Part shown: positions 1 to 11,425 of the stretch, in pieces | Position numbering within the stretch: the stretch's first letter is position 1 | Layout of the letters: every line of letters starts with the position of its first letter | DNA from: Gammaproteobacteria bacterium | Lineage (GTDB): Bacteria > Pseudomonadota > Gammaproteobacteria > CBDBNL01 > JAAOII01 | Direction: 5' to 3' | DNA: 64,000 nt | Assembly: GCA_965209035.1 (NCBI GenBank) | Contig: OZ242372.1 | Span: forward strand, 1,664,001 to 1,728,000 | Notes under the pieces: generated by a model | Databases searched by the model: none | What the model was told of the DNA's origin: nothing | Seen by the model: only the letters and a program-made list of their open reading frames with translations | Position numbers and translations under genes: made by a program

Positions 1-107
1 TTTTTGAGCAGTTCCAAAAGAGTGCCATCACCGCAACCCAGATCGAGAACGCGCGTGCCATTTGGTACCCAACTCAAAATCTGTTCAAACTCATTAACTT
101 GTGCCAT
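1..107 (-). CDS. metW: Methionine biosynthesis protein MetW (5' part; runs off window)
   Basis: Manual minus-strand translation MAQVNEFEQILSWVPNGTRVLDLGCGDGTLLELLK carries the SAM-binding VLDLGCGDG motif; starts immediately after the metX stop. Confidence 0.85.
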   Translation of the reverse strand, partial: MAQVNEFEQILSWVPNGTRVLDLGCGDGTLLELLK

Positions 108-108
108 G

Positions 109-1260
109 CTATTGCGTATCGGGGGCGGAGAAGTTGGATAAGAATAATCTCAGGCTGTTCACATATTCGGGCAAGGGGAACAGGAACGAATCGTGGCCGC
201 TTTCGGTTTTAACCTCGGTGTAACTTACATTCTTGCCGGCACTGACCAGGTCTTCCACCATTTTGCGAGAGCCGGATGTGGGGAACCGCCAGTCGGTGGT
301 AAAAGAGACAATCAAAAAAGAGCATTTGACAGGCGAGAGTGCCGCAACCGCGTCCCCGCCAAAATCGGCGGCGGGATCAAAGTAATCCAATGCCTTGGTC
401 ATCAGCAGATAAGTATGCGGATTAAATTGTGCGGAAAACTTCTTCCCCTGATGACGCAAATAGTTTTCCACCTGAAAGTCCGGTTCAAACCCGTAGGACA
501 ATTTTTCTTCGGTCAGTTTGCGACCGAACTTGCTGAGCATCGCATCTTCGGACAGATAGGTGATGTGCCCGATCATGCGGGCAATCATCAGACCATTTTT
601 CCCTTCACCTTGCTTGTTTTTTCCAAACTCCGGATCTGTGAGAATCGCTTGCCGTGCCACTTCGTTAAAAGCAATGTTTTGAGCACTCAGCCGGAAGGCG
701 CCGGCGATCAACACCGCCGCCCGCAGTCTGTCCGGGTAACTGATCGCCCATTGCAACGCTTGCATCGCGCCCAGACTGCCGCCAACGACGGCCGCCCAGC
801 GTTTAATGCCGAGGGCATCGGCAAGTTTCGTTTGGCTGTTCACCCAATCCTTGACGGTGACTACGGGGAAATCGCCGCCGTAAGACTTGCCGGTTTTCGG
901 GTTGATACTCGGCGGTCCGCTACTGCCGTCACAGCCGCCCAGGTTGTTGGATGCCACCACAAAAAAACGATCCGTGTCGATGGCTTTACCCGGACCGATC
1001 AGGTTATCCCACCAGCCCGGCTTGTTGTCCTGTTCGCCGTGATAGCCGGCGGCATGGTGATTGCCGCTGAGTGCGTGGCAGATTAAAACGGCATTGTCAG
1101 CCGCTCGATTTAGTTTGCCGTAGGTTTCATACATCAGGTCATAGTGTGGCAAAACCGCGCCGCCGCTTAGATGCAACGGCTCGCTTATATGCAGACGTCG
1201 CTCTTCTGTCAGCCCGACCGAATTGCGAAGCCACGCTTTGTTAGTCTTAATGGTCCCCAT
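109..1260 (-). CDS. metX: Homoserine O-acyltransferase (MetX family)
   Basis: ICHALSG, GGSLG nucleophile elbow and GHDSFL motifs; start set at ATG 1260 by homolog length (alternative ATG 1326 has a GGAGG upstream). Confidence 0.95.
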   Translation of the reverse strand: MGTIKTNKAWLRNSVGLTEERRLHISEPLHLSGGAVLPHYDLMYETYGKLNRAADNAVLICHALSGNHHAAGYHGEQDNKPGWWDNLIGPGKAIDTDRFFVVASNNLGGCDGSSGPPSINPKTGKSYGGDFPVVTVKDWVNSQTKLADALGIKRWAAVVGGSLGAMQALQWAISYPDRLRAAVLIAGAFRLSAQNIAFNEVARQAILTDPEFGKNKQGEGKNGLMIARMIGHITYLSEDAMLSKFGRKLTEEKLSYGFEPDFQVENYLRHQGKKFSAQFNPHTYLLMTKALDYFDPAADFGGDAVAALSPVKCSFLIVSFTTDWRFPTSGSRKMVEDLVSAGKNVSYTEVKTESGHDSFLFPLPEYVNSLRLFLSNFSAPDTQ

Positions 1261-1394
1261 CTTTTTTATTTTATGTGTTTGCGTGAGCCAAGCGAAAGAG
1301 TGCGTCCGTATTCCGGCCGATATCATCTCGCATCCTCCCGATTTAACTTTCGGCAGACGAAAGGCCGGACAGTGCCGGGGATGAATGTGGCATA

Positions 1395-2438
1395 ATGAAG
1401 AAAATGAAAACCCTGACAGTTCTTGTTCAAGTTTCGGTGTTGAAGCGAACACTCGTGATGTTTGGGCTGCTTTGTCTTATTGTCACAGTGCTGCAACTTG
1501 CGGCGGCGATGAACGAAGTTCTGCGGGGCAAGTTGAACGGCGATGATCTGATTGTCAGCGTTCTGTTTGGTCTGATAAGTCAAAGCGGGTTATTCCTTGC
1601 AATCGGATATTTTTTGGCATTGTTCTCTTTTTTGACAAAACTTTACGGAGAGAACGAAATGCACATTCTTTTTACGATGGGGTTGAGCGAGAGGAGATTT
1701 CTTCTGTTGCTGTTGCCGCCCACCTTGTTGATTGCCGCGGCAGTCTCCGCCTTGGCGTTTTTTTTAACTCCTTTAAGCGCGACCTTGGTGGACAGTCTGT
1801 CCGTCACTCAGGTCCAAAGAAAACTACAGAATATGGAGGGGGGAGACATTCACTTTATCGGTAAGGATCTGGTCAGATTGCAGAACGGCAACCTACACTA
1901 TGCCCGCATGGGCGAGGAAGAGGCATTGATGATTGCCGGGATGATTGCCGGTGAAAAAGATTTTGAAGCAACAAAACTGGCGGGGTCTGTCACCCTGCGT
2001 ATCCGCAACGGTTCATGGTTATCTTGGCAACCGGGTAACACCGGCAGTGCGGGCAGTTTTGAGGCGGCGGAGTTTGTCTTGCAACCGGAGAACAAACTTC
2101 GGGGTTTGTTGCAATCTCGGCCGACACGGGAACTGTGGAACGGCAACAGCCGGGAACTTGCGGAGTTTTATCAGCGTTTGGCGGTGTGCCTGGCTGTCCC
2201 TGTTTCGCTTCCCTTGGCCATGGTCTTTAGCCGCAGAAAACCGAGGCAGAACAGTTGGCCGGCCACTCTCGGCGGTGTTCTGTGTTATCTTGTTTATATT
2301 CAGTTTGTGACGTTTGCGGTCGGGGTGATTCGCGGCGGCGGTGAGAGCGGCTTATTTTGGATCATTCAAGTCGGGGTTTTGGGCTTCTTCTTTTTATTTT
2401 TGTTGCCGAGAATTCGGTCCAAACTGTCGCATGCGTAA
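1395..2438 (+). CDS. lptF: LPS export permease LptF (divergent)
   Basis: [11 protein letters not shown] motif, 3+3 TM layout, tandem with an LptG-like gene; true start may be ATG 1404. Confidence 0.75.
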   Translation: MKKMKTLTVLVQVSVLKRTLVMFGLLCLIVTVLQLAAAMNEVLRGKLNGDDLIVSVLFGLISQSGLFLAIGYFLALFSFLTKLYGENEMHILFTMGLSERRFLLLLLPPTLLIAAAVSALAFFLTPLSATLVDSLSVTQVQRKLQNMEGGDIHFIGKDLVRLQNGNLHYARMGEEEALMIAGMIAGEKDFEATKLAGSVTLRIRNGSWLSWQPGNTGSAGSFEAAEFVLQPENKLRGLLQSRPTRELWNGNSRELAEFYQRLAVCLAVPVSLPLAMVFSRRKPRQNSWPATLGGVLCYLVYIQFVTFAVGVIRGGGESGLFWIIQVGVLGFFFLFLLPRIRSKLSHA

Positions 2439-2456
2439 TATTCGTCAACATATTTA

Positions 2457-3455
2457 TTGCCAATGAAAAAAGTTTACCTGTATGCGGGTTACAAGATTTG
2501 TGCGGGCATTCTGACGGCCATGTTGGCAATCTTTGCCTTGACGCTTCTTTTGGAATCCGTCAAGTATTTTTATGCGGGAGACACTGCCAATTTTTGGCAT
2601 GACCTTCTAAGAAGAATGCCTTTGTTTTTGCTGGGGAGTGCGCCTGTCGGTTGTATTGTCGGCGGGGCGGTTAGTTTGCATCTTCTTTCAAAAAACGAAG
2701 AATTAACGGTGATGCGCTGTTTGGGTGTGAGCGGGTGGCGGTTGATTTGCCTTGTATCCGTTCCCGGTCTTTTTTTAGGGGTTTTGATGTTTTTATGGCT
2801 GGAAGCCGTGGCAATTCCGACCCATCGGTTTTATGAGACCGGCGAGGTAAACGCAAACAGGGTTACCGTCAGAGACGATGTGTGGTTTAATGCGGGAGAT
2901 ACTTTTTTCTTCTTTGAGACTCTTGAGATTCTGCCAAACCGGGAAAGAGCAATTGCGCGCAATGTTAACCGCATCACACTCAAAGAAAACAAAATTGCGG
3001 AATTTATGCATTTGGAAAAAGCCGAGTATACCAAACAAGGCAGTGTCACCCCGGGCTTTGCTCTTCCTTTAACTGTGTTGGAGTTGGTGGCGTTGCTGGG
3101 CGATAATACGCGCGCCCAATCGACCGCGGATCTTTGGCGTTTGACCCAAATTGATAATACGGGCAATCTGCGAGTGGAGTTAAAACTTTGGGATTTTTGG
3201 AGGCGAGTGAGCTGGCCGTTACTTTTTGCCACCTTTCTTCTTTTGATGGCCACGATGGCGCTTCGTTATGCGCCGCGCGGCGACCTGTTTAAGAATATTG
3301 TGTTTGCGATTGTTATCGGACTTTTGGCGGATATGTTGTTTACTTTGGCTTCTTTTGGGGGGATGATTTTAAATTTTCCCGTGGCAATTGCAAGTTTGCT
3401 GCCGATTCTTATTTGTGCTGCGGTGAGTATGCGCGTGATCCGACAAAAAACTTAA
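2457..3455 (+). CDS. lptG: LPS export permease LptG (divergent)
   Basis: L..NEELTVMRCLGVS motif, TM pattern, follows lptF. Confidence 0.75.
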   Translation: MPMKKVYLYAGYKICAGILTAMLAIFALTLLLESVKYFYAGDTANFWHDLLRRMPLFLLGSAPVGCIVGGAVSLHLLSKNEELTVMRCLGVSGWRLICLVSVPGLFLGVLMFLWLEAVAIPTHRFYETGEVNANRVTVRDDVWFNAGDTFFFFETLEILPNRERAIARNVNRITLKENKIAEFMHLEKAEYTKQGSVTPGFALPLTVLELVALLGDNTRAQSTADLWRLTQIDNTGNLRVELKLWDFWRRVSWPLLFATFLLLMATMALRYAPRGDLFKNIVFAIVIGLLADMLFTLASFGGMILNFPVAIASLLPILICAAVSMRVIRQKT

Positions 3456-3462
3456 ACGAATT

Positions 3463-4329
3463 TTAGCAAGAGTTCGCTTTTTCAAAACGAACACCTTCCT
3501 CAAAGAGTCCCCGCAGATTTTCTTTTTGATTTAATTGCTCCCACAAGCGGATTTGTGGCTTGGCGATGCGCAAATAGAATGCTGTTCGTATGGAAGTCGC
3601 AGGGCGGGCGGTTACTTTTTTTGTGCCTTTAATTTGTTGCATGTAAGCGGACAGACCCAGATCTTGCATTTTTTTCAAGGTTCTTTGGGCGGCATTCTCG
3701 GAATGAAAAACGGGAGCTTGCAGAAGATATCCCAGAGGGCTGTTTTCTTTCATTTGTTGATGAATTCCTTTTTCATGTAAAAAGTCGGATAATTTTTTGG
3801 CGGTATTAATATCCGAACGCACTCTGGCCGCAACAATATAACTTGCCCGAACCTGCGCGGCGGCGTCATTTTTTGTTTGCGCTGTTTTCGTTTCCCTGCG
3901 TTGTAACTCGGTGGTTACTCTTTTAATTTCCAGAATTTCTTTGTAAGTCAACGCAGTTTGAGCATCCGCGAAGGGTCCCACATCCAGGCAGTAGGTTGCG
4001 ACCGGCACGGGAATTTTGGGTTCCGGCAACCCGGTGCTTGTTGGCAAGGAGCCGTCCGCGGGCAAGATGAGATTTTTCAGAAGATTCCAAAGGTCCGCTA
4101 CAAAATCCCATACCTTGTCTATGGTGCGAGTGGCGGTATTGGGTGAGGCGATTGTCGGAATTTGTTGTCGGCGGGTCGTTAGCGAAAAAAGGTCCTCGTT
4201 GGCGGGGACGAGTTCGGCTTCTTGTTTTTCCGCGGTAATCTGTGTCGTCTTTGGTGTGCTAATTTTGTCCCAATTCAGCAGTAAGACGGCAAGATTAATG
4301 ATGATCAAGAAATAAAAGAATAAACGCAT
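3463..4329 (-). CDS. Membrane-anchored SPOR-domain-like protein
   Basis: N-terminal MRLFFYFLIIINL anchor, CLDVGPF motif, SPOR-like F.SE.AAQR.LKK segment. Confidence 0.55.
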   Translation of the reverse strand: MRLFFYFLIIINLAVLLLNWDKISTPKTTQITAEKQEAELVPANEDLFSLTTRRQQIPTIASPNTATRTIDKVWDFVADLWNLLKNLILPADGSLPTSTGLPEPKIPVPVATYCLDVGPFADAQTALTYKEILEIKRVTTELQRRETKTAQTKNDAAAQVRASYIVAARVRSDINTAKKLSDFLHEKGIHQQMKENSPLGYLLQAPVFHSENAAQRTLKKMQDLGLSAYMQQIKGTKKVTARPATSIRTAFYLRIAKPQIRLWEQLNQKENLRGLFEEGVRFEKANSC

Positions 4330-4398
4330 TTTAAAATAAAATCATTAAATTATAAACAATTTTGGAAAATATTGATATCGGGGACGGAACAACTATGG

Positions 4399-4434
4399 GC
4401 AAACAGGTTCGCAAACAGGTTCGCAAACAGGTTC
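4399..4434. repeat. 12-bp tandem repeat GCAAACAGGTTC x3
   Basis: Read directly, just beyond the lepA stop. Confidence 0.95.
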
Positions 4435-4438
4435 ACAG

Positions 4439-6235
4439 TTATTTTCGATTGCCGGTTGTCAGCAGAGTGACGAATGCTTCCGGTGGCAGTTCCACATTGC
4501 CAATTTTCTTCATTCGCTTCTTGCCGCGTTTTTGCTTTTCCAACAGCTTGCGTTTGCGGGTCACATCGCCGCCGTAGCATTTCGCGGTTACATTTTTTCG
4601 CAGCGCGGCGACAGTGGTGCGCGCAATGATTTTGGCGCCGACCGCCGCTTGGATGGCGACCGTAAAGAGTTGTCTGGGAATAATTTCTTTGAGTTTTTCC
4701 GCATAGACTCTGCCCAAACTTTCCGCCTGGCTCGCATGCACCAAACGCGAGAGAGCATCCACAGGTTGTCCGTTAACCAGAATATCCATTTTCACCAATT
4801 TTACTTGCTTGTAGTCGCCCAATTTATAGTCCATAGACGCATAGCCGCTGGTAGCCGAATTGAGGCGGTCAAAGAAGTTGACCATCAGTTCGCCCAAAGG
4901 CAGTTCGTATTCCACTGTGATCTGGTCGGTATGTCTGCGGATGCTGCGTTGGGTGCCGCGATACTCTTCACACAGTCCCAGAATTGCGCCCAAATATTCG
5001 GGCCTTGCCAAAATGGTGACTTCCGCCATTGGCTCTTCAATGAAGTCCGTTGCGTTAATGGGAGGCATCTTGTCCGGCGCGTCCACACTTAGGGTTTTGC
5101 CGTTTTTCAGATGCACCCGGTAAACAACATCCGGTGCGGTTGTCAACATGTCCAAATCATACTCGCGCTCCAATCGTTCGCGAATAATGTCCAAGTGAAG
5201 GAGACCCAACAGGCCGAGTCGAAAGCCGGCACCGAGTGCCGCCGAATTAATCGGCTGTTTGGTAAGAGACGCGTCATTGAGAGAGAGGCGATCCAACGCG
5301 TCGCGCAAAGCGGGGAAGCGTTCGGTTTCCGTCGGGAAAAACCCGGCAAAAATGCGCGGCCGGATTCTGCGAAACCCGGGCAGGGCGGGGGTGTTCGGGG
5401 TTGCCGTCAATGTATCGCCGACGGGCGCGCCGTGAATATCTTTGACCGATGCACTGACATAGCCAATTTCTCCGGCCGACAGGGACGCGCGCTTTTCTTT
5501 TTTTGGCGTAAAGATGCCGATCTCTTCGGCACGATGGGCGGTGCCTTTGGAGGCAACAAAAAATCGCTCACCGGCTTTGAGGGTTCCCGATGTGATACGC
5601 ACCAGGGAGATGACGCCTATATAAGGGTTAAACCAAGAGTCTACCACCAGGGCTTGCAATGCGGCCTGCGGATCGCCTTTGGGTGGCGGGATACTGTGAA
5701 TTAATGCTTCCAAAAGGTCAATGATGCCGGTCCCCTTTTTGGCACTGATGCGCGTTGCTCCTTCGCACGCAAGGCCGACCAGGTCTTCTATTTCGCGCTC
5801 AACGCGCTCGGGATCGGCTTGGGGCAGATCGGTTTTGTTGAGAACCGGCAGAACCTCAACTCCCATGTCTACGGCGGCATAGGTATTGGCGAGTGTCTGT
5901 GCTTCCACGCCTTGGGAAGCATCCACCAACAAAATAGCCCCTTCGCAGGCACTGAGAGACCGCGAGACCTCGTAACTGAAGTCCACATGCCCGGGAGTGT
6001 CTATCAAATTAAGGACATAGGTTTTTCCGTTTTTTGCCCGGTAATTTAAACTGACGGTCTGGGCTTTGATCGTGATGCCGCGTTCGCGTTCCAGTTCCAT
6101 GGAATCCAGGACCTGATCGCGCATCTCGCGCTGCGTCAGGCCGCCGCATATTTGGATTAGCCTGTCGGCAAGCGTCGATTTTCCGTGATCAATATGCGCG
6201 ATAATCGCAATATTGCGAATCCGATCGGAGTGCAA
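4439..6235 (-). CDS. lepA: Translation elongation factor 4
   Basis: [43 protein letters not shown]. Confidence 0.99.
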   Translation of the reverse strand: MHSDRIRNIAIIAHIDHGKSTLADRLIQICGGLTQREMRDQVLDSMELERERGITIKAQTVSLNYRAKNGKTYVLNLIDTPGHVDFSYEVSRSLSACEGAILLVDASQGVEAQTLANTYAAVDMGVEVLPVLNKTDLPQADPERVEREIEDLVGLACEGATRISAKKGTGIIDLLEALIHSIPPPKGDPQAALQALVVDSWFNPYIGVISLVRITSGTLKAGERFFVASKGTAHRAEEIGIFTPKKEKRASLSAGEIGYVSASVKDIHGAPVGDTLTATPNTPALPGFRRIRPRIFAGFFPTETERFPALRDALDRLSLNDASLTKQPINSAALGAGFRLGLLGLLHLDIIRERLEREYDLDMLTTAPDVVYRVHLKNGKTLSVDAPDKMPPINATDFIEEPMAEVTILARPEYLGAILGLCEEYRGTQRSIRRHTDQITVEYELPLGELMVNFFDRLNSATSGYASMDYKLGDYKQVKLVKMDILVNGQPVDALSRLVHASQAESLGRVYAEKLKEIIPRQLFTVAIQAAVGAKIIARTTVAALRKNVTAKCYGGDVTRKRKLLEKQKRGKKRMKKIGNVELPPEAFVTLLTTGNRK

Positions 6236-6268
6236 CCCGGAATGTGGCTGTTCGCAAAAAATATTCTT

Positions 6269-6787
6269 TTACGAACGAATGGATTTTTCTATGACGGAAA
6301 GTGCCGTTGCCTTGTCCGCCCACTTGTCAATTTTCACCCACTTTTCTTTTTCCAACTTCTTGTAGTTTTCAAAAAAATGCTCTATTTGGTTGCGAAGAAG
6401 CGCGGGCACTTGATCAATGTCTTTGATGTCATCATACGCGACGGTCAGTTTTGGATGTGCACATGCAATGATCTTGGCATCCGTGCCGGCTTCATCCGCC
6501 ATTTGCAAAATGCCTACCGGTCGGCTGCGTACAACAGCGCCCGCAATGACGGGGTGCGGCGTAATGACCAGCACATCAAGGGGGTCGCCGTCCTCGGACA
6601 TGGTGCCGGGGATGTAGCCGTAGTTTGCCGGATAGGACATGCTGACCGGCATGAATCGGTCCACGGTGATGGCATCCGTGTCCTTGTCAATTTCGTATTT
6701 AACCGGTGCCGAATGCGCGGGGATTTCAATGATGACATTAAGGTCTTCCGGCGGTGCGGCACCGGGCGAGATATTGTTGTAAGACAT
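6269..6787 (-). CDS. ppa: Inorganic pyrophosphatase (family I)
   Basis: YPANYGYIP, DGDPLDVLV, HFFENYK. Confidence 0.98.
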   Translation of the reverse strand: MSYNNISPGAAPPEDLNVIIEIPAHSAPVKYEIDKDTDAITVDRFMPVSMSYPANYGYIPGTMSEDGDPLDVLVITPHPVIAGAVVRSRPVGILQMADEAGTDAKIIACAHPKLTVAYDDIKDIDQVPALLRNQIEHFFENYKKLEKEKWVKIDKWADKATALSVIEKSIRS

Positions 6788-6826
6788 TTTTTATTTGCAG
6801 GAAATGGAGATTTTATTTTATAAAAT

Positions 6827-8080
6827 TTATGAATACTTGCCAAAAAGAATACTGCTGTTTGTGCCGCCAAAACCGAAACTGTTACTCAGGACCCGGTTGA
6901 TGTTGACATCGCGAATCGTTTCTTTGGCAAGCCGCAGATCCGGTATGTTAAAGTTTTCCGTGTTGAGGTTGCCGGCAATAAAGTTGTTTGCCATCATCAG
7001 TAACGAATAAATACATTCGTGCACACCGGCCGCGCCCAAAGCATGACCTGTCAGTGATTTTGTCGCGCCAATATAAGGTTTGTGTTTGCCAAATACTTCT
7101 CTGATTGCATCCAATTCCACGCCGTCGCCGGCCGGGGTGGCAGTGGCGTGTGCGTTAATGTAATCCGTCGTTTCGGTGGCAATCTGTCCTTCTTTATTTT
7201 GCAGAGCGTTACGCATACAGCGGACAGCGCCTTCGCCGGACGGCGAGACCATACTTTCGGGGTTACCATCCGAATTGGCTCCGTAGCTGATAACTTCCGC
7301 GTAAATAGGGGCATTCCTGCGACGGGCATGCTCCAATTCTTCCAACACCAAAAAACCGCCGCCGCCGGACATGACAAATCCGTCGCGATCCGTGTTCCAG
7401 GGACGGGATGCTTTCTCGGGTGTGTCATTAAACCCCGAGGAGAGCGCGCCCATACCGTCAAACAGACAGGAAGTTGTCCAGTGTTCTTCTTCGCCGCCGC
7501 CGGCAAAAACGATGTCTTGATTTCCCAAACGAATCTGATCCGTTCCCATGGAGATACAATGTGCCGAGGTGGAACAAGCGGAACTCACCGACATATTCAA
7601 CCCTTTAATAGCGAAAGGAGACGCCAGACATGCCGATACGGTGCTTCCCATGCATTTGGTGACCCGATAGGGTCCCAGTCTCTTAATGCCTTTGTTACGC
7701 AGAATGTCGGCCGCTTCTACCTGGGTTGCGGATGAGGCGCCGCCCGAACCGGCGATGAGGCCGGTTTGCGGATTGGAAACATGCGATGCGTCGAGTTTGG
7801 CATCTTCAATGGCTTGTTGTAATGCGAGATAGGCAAAAATAGCCGCATCGGCCATAAAACGCAGGTGTTTGCGTGCGATATGCATTGAAGCATCCACAGG
7901 AGGAATGCTGCCGCTAACCCAACTGCGCATTCCCATTTCTTTGTAGGTCGGGTTGAACGAAATACCGGATTTGGATTCTTGTAATGATTTTAGAACTTCT
8001 TTGATGCTGAGTCCGATACTGGAGATAATCCCCATACCGGTGACCACCACGCGCCGCAGATGAAGTGTTTTAGAGTTCAT
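6827..8080 (-). CDS. fabB: Beta-ketoacyl-ACP synthase I
   Basis: [38 protein letters not shown]; downstream of fabA; start at ATG 8080. Confidence 0.96.
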   Translation of the reverse strand: MNSKTLHLRRVVVTGMGIISSIGLSIKEVLKSLQESKSGISFNPTYKEMGMRSWVSGSIPPVDASMHIARKHLRFMADAAIFAYLALQQAIEDAKLDASHVSNPQTGLIAGSGGASSATQVEAADILRNKGIKRLGPYRVTKCMGSTVSACLASPFAIKGLNMSVSSACSTSAHCISMGTDQIRLGNQDIVFAGGGEEEHWTTSCLFDGMGALSSGFNDTPEKASRPWNTDRDGFVMSGGGGFLVLEELEHARRRNAPIYAEVISYGANSDGNPESMVSPSGEGAVRCMRNALQNKEGQIATETTDYINAHATATPAGDGVELDAIREVFGKHKPYIGATKSLTGHALGAAGVHECIYSLLMMANNFIAGNLNTENFNIPDLRLAKETIRDVNINRVLSNSFGFGGTNSSILFGKYS

Positions 8081-8576
8081 TGAATAATCCCACTCTGATG
8101 TCTTCGGCAATATATACCTTTTTTTCATCCGCATAGACTTCGCCACCGGCAATGCCGAGCACGCGCCTGCGCTGGATTGCTTTTTTGAGCGAAAGGTGAT
8201 AGGTCACCGTTTTGGTTTCCGGCAGAATCTGCCCGTAAAACTTCACTTGGCCGCAACCCAATGCCCGGCCGCGTCCTTTGTTACCGAGCCAGGCAAGGTA
8301 AAAGCCGAGAAGTTGCCATAAGGCATCCAGCCCCAGACAACCGGGCATGACGGGATCCTTGTGAAAATGGCATTGAAAGAACCAGAGATCCGGCCGAATA
8401 TCCAACTCGGCTTTTACTTCGCCCGAGTTGTATATACCGCCGGTTTCGCTGATGTGGGTGATGCGGGTCACCATCAGCATATTCGGCAAAGGTAACTGTG
8501 CGTTGCCGAGCCCAAATAGATCGCCTTTGGCACAACGGATCAGGTCCTCGTAAGAATAGGAAGGCTGTTGTTTCAT
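8070..8576 (-). CDS. fabA: 3-hydroxydecanoyl-ACP dehydratase/isomerase
   Basis: [31 protein letters not shown]. Confidence 0.97.
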   Translation of the reverse strand: MKQQPSYSYEDLIRCAKGDLFGLGNAQLPLPNMLMVTRITHISETGGIYNSGEVKAELDIRPDLWFFQCHFHKDPVMPGCLGLDALWQLLGFYLAWLGNKGRGRALGCGQVKFYGQILPETKTVTYHLSLKKAIQRRRVLGIAGGEVYADEKKVYIAEDIRVGLFNEL

Positions 8577-8613
8577 ATCCTTTTATTTTACACCAAGTGC
8601 ATAAGATGTTTGT

Positions 8614-9441
8614 ATGCGGTTTCGTTTCTCGCTATTAATCACGGTTTATAAAGGCGTTTGTGCCGAATGGTTGGATGCCTGTCTTGCCAGTGTCCGTTCT
8701 CAGACCTTGCCGCCGGACCAATTGGTCCTTGTTCAGGACGGTGAACTGCCGGATGAAAGCGAACGAGTCATCGGTGCCTATCATTCCGTCTTGCCGGTTC
8801 TTTGGGTTCGCAAAAAGGGGCCGGAAGGAGCCGGTGCCGCGGCGAACTTTGGTTTGAAGCATTGCAAACATCCCTGGATTGCCAGACTGGATGCGGATGA
8901 TCTGGCAATGAGCGGACGATTTGAGTTGCAAGCGGACTACTTGCGCCGACATCCCGAAACGGATGTGTTGAGCGGCTACTTGACGGAATACTCCCGGCCG
9001 GGCGAGACGAACGACGGTCGCTTGCGTCTTGTGCCGACGGAACATAAAGCAATTGCCCGTATGATGCAATATCGCTGTCCGATTAACAATCCTTGCGTTA
9101 TGCTGCGCGCCGCCAAAGTGCGGGAAGCCGGGGGCTACGAATCACTTCAAACACATGAAGACTATCTGCTATGGGTGAAAATGCTGACATTGGGATGTCG
9201 GTTTGCAAATCTGCCGCACTCGTTGGTCAGCATGCGGATGAATACCGGGGGCTTAAAAAGAAGGCAAGGTCTTTATGCGATACGCCAAGAATACAAGTTT
9301 CAGCGGACTTTATTGAAAAGAAAGTACATTTCTTTGCCGGGCTTTCTGCGAAATCTCCCGCTCAGATTGCTGCCGAGACTGCTGCCGATTTTTCTGCTCA
9401 GTCGTTTTTATTCTTATTTCCTGAGAAAAAAGATATCTTAG
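8614..9441 (+). CDS. Family 2 glycosyltransferase (AmsE-like)
   Basis: FSLLITVY, LVQDG, ARLDADD (DXD) and EDYLLW motifs. Confidence 0.9.
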   Translation: MRFRFSLLITVYKGVCAEWLDACLASVRSQTLPPDQLVLVQDGELPDESERVIGAYHSVLPVLWVRKKGPEGAGAAANFGLKHCKHPWIARLDADDLAMSGRFELQADYLRRHPETDVLSGYLTEYSRPGETNDGRLRLVPTEHKAIARMMQYRCPINNPCVMLRAAKVREAGGYESLQTHEDYLLWVKMLTLGCRFANLPHSLVSMRMNTGGLKRRQGLYAIRQEYKFQRTLLKRKYISLPGFLRNLPLRLLPRLLPIFLLSRFYSYFLRKKIS

Positions 9442-9443
9442 CC

Positions 9444-11366
9444 CTAAGGTTTTTTTGCGGTTTTTTTCTCGACTTTTTGCAGCCTGCCGAGTAATTGTTG
9501 AAACTCTTTGTTTTTTAGCAGTTGTCGATAAGCACCCTGCGCGTTTAACCTCCCATTTTTTAGAAAGAACAAGGTATCGCAGTGGCGAATACTTTCTATG
9601 CGATGAGTTACAAAAATAATAGTTTCGTTTTGCAGGGCATCCCAAAGACGCCCCAGTATGATTGCTTCGGTCTTTTTATCCAAAGCGGAGGTTGCCTCGT
9701 CCAGAATGAGCACCCGCGGCTTGTAGTAGAGGGCACGGGCGATGACAAGGCGTTGGCGTTGACCGCCACTGAGGTTTTTACCCGCTTCTTCGAGCGAAGT
9801 TTGCGCACCTTGTTTCAATTCGGCAACAAACTCGTCCGCGGCCGCAAGATACAGAGATTCCTTTAAGCGCGTTTGATTGATGTTTGTTGCATCTTCTTCC
9901 ATCGCAATATTGCAAGCAATACTGTTGTTTAATAAGAAAATATTTTGAGACACATAACCGAGAGAATCGCGCCATCGACGCAGACGTTTTTCCGTATTAA
10001 TTGAAATGTCATCAATCAAAATATTGCCTTGGTTCGGTATAAGAGATCCGGTCAGAATACGAAGGAGGGTTGTCTTGCCACTGCCGGATTCGCCGCAGAT
10101 ACCCACTTTTTGCCCGGCTTTGATCTCCAAACTTACATCATTCAGCGCCGCGGACTGCTTATTTTGTTTTGATATGTATTTGTGTGAGATGCGATGCATG
10201 CGGATGCCGGTCTTAATCCGATAGGGATTTCCGCTTTTTTCTGACGGTGAAATTTTTTGAGAAAGGGCGGGAAGCAACACATCGGACATTGCGTCATAAG
10301 CAATCACACCGGCACGCATGCCCGTATATATCTGGAACAATTCATTGACACGCGGCATCATGCGGTAAAGAACCAACAGAAAGACGGTGAACACACTCAG
10401 ATCCACTTCATTGGTCACGAAAATCAGTGCTATGACACTTAGGACGGTCATCGTATAGATCAAAAATTCACTGATCGGCGCAAACAGCGTACCGATGATA
10501 CCGAGCCGAAAATTCGCGTGCGCAATCGCTTGATTGGATTGATTGTATGCCCCAATAAAAGCCTTTTCTTTGCCCATGATTTGGATGTCCTCTTTGGCGC
10601 CGAGACTCTCCAAAGTTTGCATCATGCGTTTGCGTGTATTTCTGTCTTTGCTGTGACTGGCACTTATGATTCTTTTGCGCACAAAATAGATTCCTATAAG
10701 AAGGAATAAGAAAAGAGGCATGAGGAGAAGAAAGAGCACCGGCGGGCTGGATAAGACAATAATAACAATACCGGCGAGAATAAAAACCAGAGCATTGGCC
10801 AATCTAAAAACAGGATTAACAAAATTTGCAAGGATCGCCGGCATTCTTGATGTTATATTGACGGTGACACTCGCCGCGGAATGGTCCGATTGGATTTCTT
10901 GATCGCGCTTACAAATGTAATAGGTAAAGAGCTTGTTGGTGTAATAAAGGATCAGTTGTCGGTTGATATTGGCTATGAAGTAACTGGCACCTACGGATGC
11001 CGTGCGTGCTATCAACAAAGCGACCACGGAGAGAATACCCAAAACGATTGTAAAATTGAAGGAAGTATACGAAGTTACAAACTCATAAAGTGCGCTGATG
11101 TACTTATTTTGGAGTGTTTTTTCCGGCGAAGCCAGATAATTAACGAAGGGAATAATGGCAAGCGTGCCAACCAGGTAAATTAGGCTATTGATGATGGAAA
11201 GTGCTTGCATCACGAACAATTTGAGACGCATGCGGGGGTCCAGCGAGATCATGAAAAAGTAAAAACGTCGGCTGTAGTTGTAGAGCGAAGCCCATCTTTT
11301 TAGCAGAGGGGTGATCGTCTTACGCATCAAGCGATGCTCGTGCGGTTGTTTCTTTTTTGGAGGCAT
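9444..11366 (-). CDS. ABC exporter, fused permease/ATPase (PglK/HetA-like)
   Basis: N-terminal TM domain; GESGSGKTT, LSGGQRQRL, ILDEATSALD; convergent with a GT2 gene. Confidence 0.85.
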   Translation of the reverse strand: MPPKKKQPHEHRLMRKTITPLLKRWASLYNYSRRFYFFMISLDPRMRLKLFVMQALSIINSLIYLVGTLAIIPFVNYLASPEKTLQNKYISALYEFVTSYTSFNFTIVLGILSVVALLIARTASVGASYFIANINRQLILYYTNKLFTYYICKRDQEIQSDHSAASVTVNITSRMPAILANFVNPVFRLANALVFILAGIVIIVLSSPPVLFLLLMPLFLFLLIGIYFVRKRIISASHSKDRNTRKRMMQTLESLGAKEDIQIMGKEKAFIGAYNQSNQAIAHANFRLGIIGTLFAPISEFLIYTMTVLSVIALIFVTNEVDLSVFTVFLLVLYRMMPRVNELFQIYTGMRAGVIAYDAMSDVLLPALSQKISPSEKSGNPYRIKTGIRMHRISHKYISKQNKQSAALNDVSLEIKAGQKVGICGESGSGKTTLLRILTGSLIPNQGNILIDDISINTEKRLRRWRDSLGYVSQNIFLLNNSIACNIAMEEDATNINQTRLKESLYLAAADEFVAELKQGAQTSLEEAGKNLSGGQRQRLVIARALYYKPRVLILDEATSALDKKTEAIILGRLWDALQNETIIFVTHRIESIRHCDTLFFLKNGRLNAQGAYRQLLKNKEFQQLLGRLQKVEKKTAKKP

Positions 11367-11425
11367 GTTGGATTTGATTTACGGATTTTTAGGGATTAAT
11401 GATTAATATAGCATAATGAACGGTG

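Noticed and set aside
193-1086. 297-aa plus-strand ORF and similar long antisense ORFs (23299-24285, 54773-55624, 57326-58168)
   Set aside because: Fully overlap well-supported genes on the opposite strand
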